From Verrucomicrobiota bacterium (GTDB lineage Bacteria > Verrucomicrobiota > Verrucomicrobiia > Chthoniobacterales > UBA6821), in NCBI GenBank assembly GCA_008932965.1, contig WBXG01000008.1:1-32000 (forward strand): a stretch of DNA of 32,000 nt, read 5' to 3'. Positions 1 to 7,432 of this stretch are shown here, piece after piece (the first letter of the stretch is position 1; each line of letters starts with the position of its first letter). Both the position numbers and the translations under genes were made by a program. Below the pieces are notes generated by a model. That model was not told where the DNA came from and did not search any database. It was given only the letters and a program-made list of their open reading frames with translations.

Positions 1-121
1 ACTCACATTTTGATTTGGGCAGTATGTACACATACAGCCCTGCATCAAAATGCTCGCCTGCCTTACCCCATCAGCCTTCGCGGCCTCCTCGTCACGATCA
101 GTATGAAACATCCGGGTTAAG
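1..121 (+). repeat. Dispersed ~186-bp intergenic element with terminal inverted repeats (MITE-like), copy A; left part cut off by the window edge
   Basis: Aligns by eye over ~120 nt with 7236-7356 and 28383-28503. Shared blocks are tgatttgggcagtatg..catacagccc and gat(t)cagtatgaaa(c/t)atccggg. Ends ..atccggg-ttaag. The 92-aa ORF 15..293 over it is not conserved in other copies. Confidence 0.8.
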
Positions 122-122
122 G

Positions 123-215
123 GCAGTCTTCCCAGCAGTGGCAGTCTTCCCAGCGGTGGCAAGTCCTCCCAGCGGTGGCAAGTCCTCCCAGCGGTGGCAA
201 GTCCTCCCAGCGGCC
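123..215. repeat. Tandem repeat of 5 head-to-tail units of 18-19 bp (gcagtcttcccagcRgtg x2, gcaagtcctcccagcggtg x3)
   Basis: Read directly. Units lie at 123-140, 141-158, 159-177, 178-196 and 197-215, with no spacers between them. Confidence 0.95.
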
Positions 216-233
216 TCCCGAACGCCGGTGGTG

Positions 234-289
234 CCCCATCAGCCTTCACTGCCTCCTCGTAACAATCGGTATAAAATATGCGGGTTAGG
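234..289 (+). repeat. Extra copy of the right arm only of the dispersed element (A2)
   Basis: ccccatcagccttcactgcctcctcgtaacaatcggtataaaatatgcgggttagg parallels 66-121 (ccccatcagccttcgcggcctcctcgtcacgatcagtatgaaacatccgggttaag). Confidence 0.7.
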
Positions 290-874
290 CTAAAAAAGCC
301 TCTGTTTTGGCCAGGTGATCTCTCCTCCCGTTCTTGTCCAGACTGAAAAACCTAATGGAGCTTTATCCGGAAGAAGAAGTGTTCCTTGATTTGCTTTTTT
401 TGTGATCTCCTGACGAAGGTGATAAGAGTCAAGAGTGATGTCAGATGCTGGGAGTTGAGGTTCTGAAATACGAATTTGTCGAGCTATAACTCCATTCTCT
501 TTATCTGTTTCTGATTTCATGAGTTCGTAGTGGAGAAAAAGATATTTGCCATGAAATCGAGGGTTGCTGGAAAGTGATTGAAGCGTTAAGAATCTAAGGT
601 TGCCAACACGAGAAATCCAACCTTCAAATTCCCAAGGAAGAGCATTATTTTTATCCTTATCACAAAAAGTGACATGGTAATGGGTATTATTAATGGGAGT
701 GATCACAGCCTCAAAAATCTTTCCGCTTTTATCCTGCGCTGTCCATTGGCCTAACAACCAAGTGTCAATCTGAGACGATGGTTTACTAGGAGGAAAGTCA
801 TAGAGACACCCAGAAAGAAAAAAGAGTGTTATGAACAAAAAAGGGAGTCGGTAATAGTGTTTTATGAATTTCAT
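290..874 (-). CDS. Lipoprotein of unknown function (194 aa)
   Basis: ATG at 874. N-terminal signal peptide with lipobox LFFLSG-C (MKFIKHYYRLPFLFITLFFLSGC). I recognise no family motif. Confidence 0.7.
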   Translation of the reverse strand: MKFIKHYYRLPFLFITLFFLSGCLYDFPPSKPSSQIDTWLLGQWTAQDKSGKIFEAVITPINNTHYHVTFCDKDKNNALPWEFEGWISRVGNLRFLTLQSLSSNPRFHGKYLFLHYELMKSETDKENGVIARQIRISEPQLPASDITLDSYHLRQEITKKANQGTLLLPDKAPLGFSVWTRTGGEITWPKQRLF

Positions 875-936
875 AGAGTCATCTGATAAGTAAAAATCTC
901 AAAATTAAAAAGTGAATTTAAATGGAAAATAGGATC

Positions 937-1079
937 CTAGCACGGATATTTCATTCTAATCACCTGAGGAGAGCGGAGACCCCGTGTGAATGTTGCGTAG
1001 AGCTTGAAATCTTCCTCGGGCAGAGTGTTGCTGACCCGGTTTCCATTCACGTTGATGAGTGAAATGTATGATGGAATAG
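937..1079 (+). repeat. Degenerate, internally shortened copy (F) of the dispersed element
   Basis: Left end ctagcacggatatttcattctaatcacctg matches the left end of copy B (ctagcccgaatattttattccgatcacctg). Also shares an internal gaatgttgcgtagagc / gggcag block and a right end gagtgaaatgtatgatggaatag resembling cagtatgaaatatccgggctag. The right boundary is uncertain. Confidence 0.45.
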
Positions 1080-1123
1080 CATGGAGAATAAGTGGAATCT
1101 TATCACACTCCTGATTTCCTTGC

Positions 1124-2419
1124 TTAAATTCTGGTGCCAGAAGGAATAATGGCATTTTTCAGAATTACTACAATTCCATCACGAATAAAATAGCCTGGTC
1201 CTTCGTGATCATTCTCTTTTCCTTGAGGTGAGATTGTTACATTGTTACCAATCCGTGCATTCTTGTCGATGATGGCATTTTCAATAAAACAATTCTCACC
1301 AATGCCGATGGAAGGAACATCTCCAATTGGATCTTTAAATTCTGATTCGTAAAAATCAGCACCCATCACAACAGTATTTTTTAAATGTGTTCCAGGTTTA
1401 ATGATACTCCGAATACCAATCACGCAGCGATCAATGGAGGCAGCATTAATCATGCACCCATCAGAAATAATAGCTTTTTGAATCGTGGCATACTCAATTA
1501 CGCTCGCTGGTAAAAAGAGAGATTGTGTGTAAATAGGTGATCCCGACTCATAGAAACTATAAGAGGGATTGGAATCGGTGAGTTGAAGGTTGGCATTGAA
1601 AAAAGCACGGATAGTTCCAATATCCTCCCAGTATCCACGAAAAATAGTGGTGCGAACATTGTGCGTTTTGATAGCAGCGGGAATGATATTTCTCCCGAAA
1701 TCAGGAAGTTCGTTATCCAAGCAATCGATGAGTACCTGTCGATTAAAAAGATAGATTCCCATAGAAGCCAGGTAGAGCTTCTGATTCGAGGTTTCTCCCA
1801 TTCTCATGAGAAGAGAAGGTTTGATGCAGAGTCCTTCAAGCAGACGCGGGTCACTTGGTTTTTCAACAAACCGAATGATGCGAAGCTGATCATCCGTTTC
1901 CATAATCCCAAATCCTGGTGCAGCTTCATGATTGACCGGGATACAAGATATAGTGAGGTCTGCACCAGTTTGAATATGCTGATTGAGAATAGTTCGATAA
2001 TCCATGCGGTAGAGTTGATCACCGCTCAAAATAATAAAATAATCGTAATCACGATCTAGGAATGTACGAAGATTTTGTCGTACTGCATCAGCTGTGCCCT
2101 GATACCAGTCGGAGTGCTGATGTGTTTGTTGTGCGGCCAAAATTTCGACAAAGCTATGATTGAAGGCATCAAACTTGTAACTTTCGTTGATATGACGATG
2201 CAATGAGGTGCTGTTAAATTGGGTAAGCACATAGATCCCCCGAATACCAGAGTTGAGGCAGTTGCTAATGGGAATATCAACAAGACGATATTTTCCCCCA
2301 ATCGGTACAGCTGGCTTGGCTCGCTCTTGGGTGAGTGGAAAAAGCCGTGTTCCAGCTCCACCTCCCATGATAATAGCCACGGTTCTTAAATTGGGTGAGG
2401 TGATTCGATGATCGTCCAT
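1124..2419 (-). CDS. glgC: Glucose-1-phosphate adenylyltransferase (ADP-glucose pyrophosphorylase)
   Basis: 431 aa. N-terminal IIMGGGAGTRLFPLT and KPAVPIGGKYRLVDIPISNC motifs are typical of GlgC. The C-terminal part is a hexapeptide-repeat (left-handed beta-helix) region. Confidence 0.92.
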   Translation of the reverse strand: MDDHRITSPNLRTVAIIMGGGAGTRLFPLTQERAKPAVPIGGKYRLVDIPISNCLNSGIRGIYVLTQFNSTSLHRHINESYKFDAFNHSFVEILAAQQTHQHSDWYQGTADAVRQNLRTFLDRDYDYFIILSGDQLYRMDYRTILNQHIQTGADLTISCIPVNHEAAPGFGIMETDDQLRIIRFVEKPSDPRLLEGLCIKPSLLMRMGETSNQKLYLASMGIYLFNRQVLIDCLDNELPDFGRNIIPAAIKTHNVRTTIFRGYWEDIGTIRAFFNANLQLTDSNPSYSFYESGSPIYTQSLFLPASVIEYATIQKAIISDGCMINAASIDRCVIGIRSIIKPGTHLKNTVVMGADFYESEFKDPIGDVPSIGIGENCFIENAIIDKNARIGNNVTISPQGKENDHEGPGYFIRDGIVVILKNAIIPSGTRI

Positions 2420-2700
2420 GGTTTTTTAAAAATGGTTTTTTAAGGAGTATTCTGTTTTTGAGATTACTCAATATCGTAATAAAATGATAACACGTAATAG
2501 GAAAAGAGCGGTGCGTTGATGGAACTGAGTTTGTTCTTAGTCATTGAAGTTTTCATCAGGTCCTTTTATATTCCTCTTGCGAAGTAGGCTAGTTACTGGA
2601 TCGCGTGGTTTATTACGTGATATGTTTTCAAACTTACAGAAAGCACGAGGTCAAGTAGAAGCGGTAGCATCTAAAATTAAATTTTCCAAGGAATCAAGAT

Positions 2701-4551
2701 ATGTGTGGAATTGTAGGATATGTAGGAGCAAAGGAGACAGTGCCAATATTGTTAGAGGGGCTGTTTCGATTGGAGTACCGTGGCTATGATTCTTCGGGTA
2801 TCGCTGTTACCCATGATGGAAACCTTTCAGTTAGAAAAACACCAGGTCGAATTCAAAATCTTCGTGATCTTATTATCAAAGAACCATTGCAGGGTCATGT
2901 TGGTATAAGTCACACTCGTTGGGCTACTCATGGAGAGGTTACCTATGCTAATGCGCATCCTCATTTAGATGCCTCTGGTCGATTAGCCCTCGTTCATAAT
3001 GGTGTTATCGAAAACCATGCTAAGTTAAGGGTTCAGCTTGAAGAGGAGGGGCATCAATTCGTATCACAGACCGATACTGAGGTTTTGGCTCATCTGATAG
3101 GGCGTGCTTTTGATCTTATCGGTGAAAAAACAGAAAAGGCCCTTGTGGAAGCAGTGCGAGAAGCACTACGACGTGTTGATGGAACCTATGGTATTGCTCT
3201 TCTTCATGCTGATGTTCCTGAGGTGATGATTGGAGCACGCCGTGGAAGCCCCCTCGTTCTTGGGATCGGCATTGGTGAACATTTTTTAGCAAGTGATGTG
3301 AGTGCTATTGTGATGCATACACGTGATGTCGTTTATTTAAACGATTATGAAATTGTAGCATTGCGACGTGATGGATTTACTATTTCCAATCTTCAAGGAA
3401 ATGGAACTCCGTATAATATTACTACTGTTGAGGAGTTAGTTCACGATATGGACATGGGGATCTACCCTCATTACATGATTAAAGAAATTTTTGAACAGTC
3501 TCATACTGTTCATGAAGCAATGAGAGGACGCCTTTCTTTAGAAGAAGCAACGGCAAAGCTAGGTGGTCTAGAAATGTCCAATGCCGAGCTTCGTGGAGTG
3601 GAACGAATTGTGTTGACCGGTTGTGGAACAGCAATGCATGCCGCTATGGTGGGAGAATATCTCATCGAGTCTCTAGCTCAGGTGCCAACAGAGTGTGAAT
3701 TTGCCAGTGAATTTCGTTACCGTAATTTGCCGATGACCAAGGACACCCTCGTTTTCGTTTTAAGCCAAAGCGGTGAGACTGCAGACTCGCTGGCAGCACT
3801 TCGAGAGAGCCAACGCAAAGGGCATCGTACGCTTGGTATTTGCAACAATGTTGCAAGTACCATTGCTCGTGAAAGCAACGGAGGTGTTTATATGCACGCT
3901 GGGCCTGAAATTGGGGTTGCAGCAACAAAGAGCTTTACCTCACAGGTAACTATTTTGACCTTAATCGCACTTTTATTGGGACGCATTCGAAATCTTTCGA
4001 GCTCTGAAGGGACGAAAATTATTGCTGAATTAGAAGCTCTTCCAGAAAAAATTAAAAAAACATTAGAGCTCCATGAACAAATTGCTGGGATTGCCCGTCG
4101 CTATGCAGCATCTCAAGTCATGCTCTTTATGGGACGTCAGTTCAATTACCCTGTTGCCTTAGAAGGAGCATTAAAGCTGAAAGAAGTTAGCTATATTGCT
4201 GCAAGCGGTTATCCAAGTGCAGAACTCAAGCATGGGGTTATTGCCTTGGTTAATGAAGAGACTCCATCCATTTTTATTGCTCCGCATGATGCTGTCTTTT
4301 CAAAAAATGTAAGCAGTATTCAGGAAGTTAAAGCTCGTAAAGGTCCTGTGATTGCCATCGGCACAGAAGGAGAGACTGGTGAGCTGGAGTCTCTTTGTGA
4401 TCATCTCATTACCATTCCTAAAGTTCCTGATTATTTAACACCAATACTCTCAACGATCCCACTTCAACTCTTTGCCTATCATACAGCCGTGGCTCTAGGG
4501 TGTGATGTCGATAAACCACGCAATTTAGCGAAAAGCGTGACTGTTGAGTAG
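2701..4551 (+). CDS. glmS: Glutamine--fructose-6-phosphate aminotransferase (isomerising)
   Basis: 616 aa. MCGIVGY N-terminus (Cys2 nucleophile of class II amidotransferases), SIS-domain motif SQSGETADS, characteristic C-terminus KSVTVE. Confidence 0.95.
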   Translation: MCGIVGYVGAKETVPILLEGLFRLEYRGYDSSGIAVTHDGNLSVRKTPGRIQNLRDLIIKEPLQGHVGISHTRWATHGEVTYANAHPHLDASGRLALVHNGVIENHAKLRVQLEEEGHQFVSQTDTEVLAHLIGRAFDLIGEKTEKALVEAVREALRRVDGTYGIALLHADVPEVMIGARRGSPLVLGIGIGEHFLASDVSAIVMHTRDVVYLNDYEIVALRRDGFTISNLQGNGTPYNITTVEELVHDMDMGIYPHYMIKEIFEQSHTVHEAMRGRLSLEEATAKLGGLEMSNAELRGVERIVLTGCGTAMHAAMVGEYLIESLAQVPTECEFASEFRYRNLPMTKDTLVFVLSQSGETADSLAALRESQRKGHRTLGICNNVASTIARESNGGVYMHAGPEIGVAATKSFTSQVTILTLIALLLGRIRNLSSSEGTKIIAELEALPEKIKKTLELHEQIAGIARRYAASQVMLFMGRQFNYPVALEGALKLKEVSYIAASGYPSAELKHGVIALVNEETPSIFIAPHDAVFSKNVSSIQEVKARKGPVIAIGTEGETGELESLCDHLITIPKVPDYLTPILSTIPLQLFAYHTAVALGCDVDKPRNLAKSVTVE

Positions 4552-4671
4552 ACCGTAATTATTGAAAAGCGGAGAGTGTTTTTTACTCACGATGGCGCTT
4601 CGCGATTGAAAGGGAATCTAGTTTTCAGTTATGGTTCACTTTGAATTGCATATTACTGTTCCTTTATCCCT

Positions 4672-5667
4672 GTGAATACTTCTCTTAATCTTTTGCGTCG
4701 ACCACGTCGCAACCGCCACACAGCCTCCATCAGATCTCTTGTTCAAGAGACCAAGCTTCACAGAGAAGATTTTATACAGCCTCTTTTTTTTCATGGGGGT
4801 GGAGGAGAGCCTCAGGAAATCGAGTCGATGCCAGGAATTGTGCGTCATACAATAATATCGCTTCTGGAGGAGTGTCGTTCTCTTGCAGATCTGGGAATGA
4901 GCGCTGTGGCTCTTTTTCCTTGCATTGATCCGGCTCACAAAGATGAGAGAGCAATGCATGCCGTAGCTTCTGAAAATATTCTCTTTCGTGCTATTAAAGA
5001 AATCAAAAAAATATCACCTCGTTTTCTAGTAATTGCCGATGTAGCTCTAGATCCTTATACCTCCCATGGACACGATGGCTTGCTTAATGAGGCTGGACAT
5101 ATTGTTAATGATCCCACGGTTGAATTACTTGCCCGTCTTGCCGTGATGGAAGCCGAGGCAGGAGCAGATATTGTTGCTCCTTCTGACATGATGGATGGTC
5201 GAGTAAGGGCCATTCGAAATGCTCTTGATGCGGCCTCTCTTCAAGATCGGGGGATCATGGCCTATTCAGCTAAATACGCATCGGCCTATTATGGGCCTTT
5301 TAGGGATGCCCTTGGAAGTAAAGTTGGTGACTCTCCATTAGATAAAAAAAGCTATCAAATGGATCCGGCTAATATTCGTGAAGCACTTTTAGAGGTGAAG
5401 CTCGATGAAGAGGAGGGTGCAGATATTGTAATGATAAAACCTGCAGGAGCCTACCTGGATGTGATTAGGGCAGTAAGAGAAGCAACGGATCTTCCGGTAG
5501 CTGCCTATCAGGTATCTGGAGAGTACGCTCAGATCTGTGCTGCAGCACAACTTGGATGGCTTGATTACGATGCTACTCGTAACGAGGCTTTGCTCGCAAT
5601 CAAGCGTGCAGGGGCCTCGATGATCCTGAGCTATTTTTCAGCAGAGCTGCTCCGGGAGTGGAAATAG
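4672..5667 (+). CDS. hemB: Porphobilinogen synthase (delta-aminolevulinate dehydratase)
   Basis: 331 aa, GTG start at 4672. RPRRNR near the N-terminus. DVALDPYTSHGHDG is the aspartate-rich (non-zinc) variant of the metal site, in place of the Cys-rich DxCxCxYxxxGHCG. Confidence 0.9.
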   Translation: MNTSLNLLRRPRRNRHTASIRSLVQETKLHREDFIQPLFFHGGGGEPQEIESMPGIVRHTIISLLEECRSLADLGMSAVALFPCIDPAHKDERAMHAVASENILFRAIKEIKKISPRFLVIADVALDPYTSHGHDGLLNEAGHIVNDPTVELLARLAVMEAEAGADIVAPSDMMDGRVRAIRNALDAASLQDRGIMAYSAKYASAYYGPFRDALGSKVGDSPLDKKSYQMDPANIREALLEVKLDEEEGADIVMIKPAGAYLDVIRAVREATDLPVAAYQVSGEYAQICAAAQLGWLDYDATRNEALLAIKRAGASMILSYFSAELLREWK

Positions 5668-5788
5668 AAATAGGGGTAAGTTTTCCGTTTTTAATGGGAT
5701 AAGAATATTTTTATTTTTTTAACATGGGGCATTGGCTTTAATTTTTTCATGCTATAGACTCTTTGCCCAATCATTTCATTTTTTATTC

Positions 5789-7174
5789 ATGTCTTCTTCC
5801 TCTCCCATAAAACGTAAAGTCGGCTTGGTTAGTCTAGGATGTGCCAAAAATCTCGTTGATGCTGAGATTCTTCTTGGAGATGCTGCTCGTCATGGGTACG
5901 AGCTAACTCAAAAAAATGAAGAGGCCGATGTCGTGCTCGTTAATACCTGTGGCTTTATCGATCTTGCCAAGGAAGAGAGCATTAATGCCATTTTAGAAGC
6001 CCACCGACAACGGCTTCATGGAAGCAAAACAGAGCAGAAAATTGTGGTCGGGGGATGTCTTTCACAGCGTTATTCAGCAGACCTAGCAAAGCAGCTTCCT
6101 GAAGTGGATGCTTTTTTGGGGCTTGATGAGATCTCGCGCGCTGGAGAAATATTTAATCGGCTTTTTGAGGAGGATGTTTCTCAAGAAGATAGGGTCACTG
6201 TTTCCCGTCGTGCTGCCTACATTCCTGATTTTGATACTCCCCGTGTGCGTCTCACCGCAGCTCATACGACCTATGTCAAGATTGCTGAAGGGTGTAATCA
6301 TCCCTGTTCCTTCTGTGTCATCCCACGTATGCGGGGACGACATCGTAGTCGTACCATAGAGTCTGTAGTAAAAGAGGTCCAGGGACTCGTTGTCTCTGGG
6401 GTCAAAGAAATTAATTTAGTCAGCCAAGATACAACCTATTTTGGAATGGATCAGTGGGAAGAGAAAGCAGGCCCACGTCAAGAAGTCGATGCTGCCCGTG
6501 GTCCTAGTTTGATTGGTTTACTCGATGCATTGGGCAAGATCGAGGGAGATTTTTGGATACGACTTCTTTACACACATCCTGCTCACTGGAGTGATGATTT
6601 AATTGCTGCTATTGCCCGTAATCCCAAAGTGACACGTTATATTGATATTCCCCTCCAGCATATCCATGAAGAGATGCTGGCCGCTATGAAACGTGAAACA
6701 GGTCGTCAACATATCGTGGATCTCATAGCTCGCCTTCGTTCAGGTATTCCAGAGCTTGTTATTAGGACAACCTTTATTGTCGGATTTCCGGGAGAAACCG
6801 AAGAGCATTTTGAGAGCCTGCTTGATTTTATACGTGAGACTCGTTTTGAAAGGTTAGGGGTTTTCTCTTACTCACGTGAAGAGGAATCACGTGCCGCTAA
6901 AATGCCACATCAAATTCATGGCAACACCAAGCAGCGTCGTCTTCGAGAGGCAATGCTCTTGCAGCAGCAGATTGCACGTGAGTGGGCTGAGTCACAAGTG
7001 GGAAAAAAGGTAAAGGTTCTTGCTGACACTGCTTACTTAGGCAGGACTCAAGGAGATGCCCCGGATGTAGACTGCCGGGTTCATTTTGTGAAGCCTGTGG
7101 CACCTGGTAGTTTTGTGAATTGCGTCATTACAGGAACACGTGATTACGATTTAGTAGGAGATGAGATTCGCTAG
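5789..7174 (+). CDS. rimO: Ribosomal protein S12 methylthiotransferase RimO (MiaB-family radical SAM enzyme)
   Basis: Start placed at ATG 5789; the track's TTG at 5732 adds 19 non-conserved residues. Has N-terminal UPF0004 cysteines (GCAKN, NTCGF, GGCL), the radical-SAM box CNHPCSFC and a C-terminal TRAM-like domain. RimO versus MiaB is judged from the N-terminal VGLVSLGCAKN pattern. Confidence 0.85.
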   Translation: MSSSSPIKRKVGLVSLGCAKNLVDAEILLGDAARHGYELTQKNEEADVVLVNTCGFIDLAKEESINAILEAHRQRLHGSKTEQKIVVGGCLSQRYSADLAKQLPEVDAFLGLDEISRAGEIFNRLFEEDVSQEDRVTVSRRAAYIPDFDTPRVRLTAAHTTYVKIAEGCNHPCSFCVIPRMRGRHRSRTIESVVKEVQGLVVSGVKEINLVSQDTTYFGMDQWEEKAGPRQEVDAARGPSLIGLLDALGKIEGDFWIRLLYTHPAHWSDDLIAAIARNPKVTRYIDIPLQHIHEEMLAAMKRETGRQHIVDLIARLRSGIPELVIRTTFIVGFPGETEEHFESLLDFIRETRFERLGVFSYSREEESRAAKMPHQIHGNTKQRRLREAMLLQQQIAREWAESQVGKKVKVLADTAYLGRTQGDAPDVDCRVHFVKPVAPGSFVNCVITGTRDYDLVGDEIR

Positions 7175-7356
7175 CCCGAATATTTTATTCCGATCACCTG
7201 CGTAAGTCGGGAAGCCAGATGAATGCTGCGTTAGACTCACATTTTAACTTGGACATTAGGAATGCATACAGCCCAGGCTCAAAATGCTCACTCACCTTAC
7301 CCTATCAGCCTTCACGGCCTCCTCGTCACGATTCAGTATAAAATATCTGGGTATAG
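7171..7356 (+). repeat. Full-length copy (B) of the dispersed 186-bp TIR element
   Basis: ctag-cccgaatattttattccgatc ... gattcagtataaaatatctggg-tatag, with imperfect terminal inverted repeats. The right ~120 nt align with copy A and the left ~65 nt with copies C, D and F. Confidence 0.85.
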
Positions 7357-7432
7357 TGTATTAAATTGAAAAGAGCTAGTTTATCACGTACCCCTTTCCA
7401 TTAAATACACTCTATCACCCTTTAGCTTTTAA

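Noticed and set aside
123-215. Possible CRISPR array
   Set aside because: The repeats are directly adjacent with no spacers, the units are only 18-19 bp, and there are no cas genes. It is a simple tandem repeat.
15-293. 92-aa ORF on the plus strand (MGSMYTYSPASK...)
   Set aside because: It lies entirely over repeat copy A, the 18-19 bp tandem array (unit length not divisible by 3) and arm copy A2. The frame is not preserved in the other element copies.
937-1155. 72-aa ORF on the minus strand
   Set aside because: It covers degenerate repeat copy F and overlaps the 3-prime end of glgC. It has no motif and ends in element-derived sequence.
1583-2059. 158-aa ORF antisense to glgC, and similar antisense or shadow ORFs (1804-2022, 2056-2361, 21810-22127, 21830-22114, 24303-24554, 24857-25252, 29866-30141 and others)
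   Set aside because: Each is fully embedded in, or antisense to, a gene with strong family signatures. Their sequences are low complexity, as is typical of shadow ORFs.
2420-2700. Possible glmS ribozyme or other riboswitch in the 281-nt glgC-glmS divergent spacer; also the 81-aa ORF 2544-2789
   Set aside because: I could not find the conserved glmS ribozyme core strings (GCGCC cleavage-site helix, GACGAGG, UUAUCGA, CGGCGGAUGCC). There is only a vague acgagg...gcggtagcatc resemblance. The ORF runs into the glmS start in another frame. A covariance-model scan (Rfam RF00234) would settle it.
5732-5788. TTG-initiated 19-aa N-terminal extension of rimO
   Set aside because: The extension (MALIFSCYRLFAQSFHFLF) is not RimO-like. 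ATG 5789 gives the usual short lead into the VGLVSLGCAKN motif.
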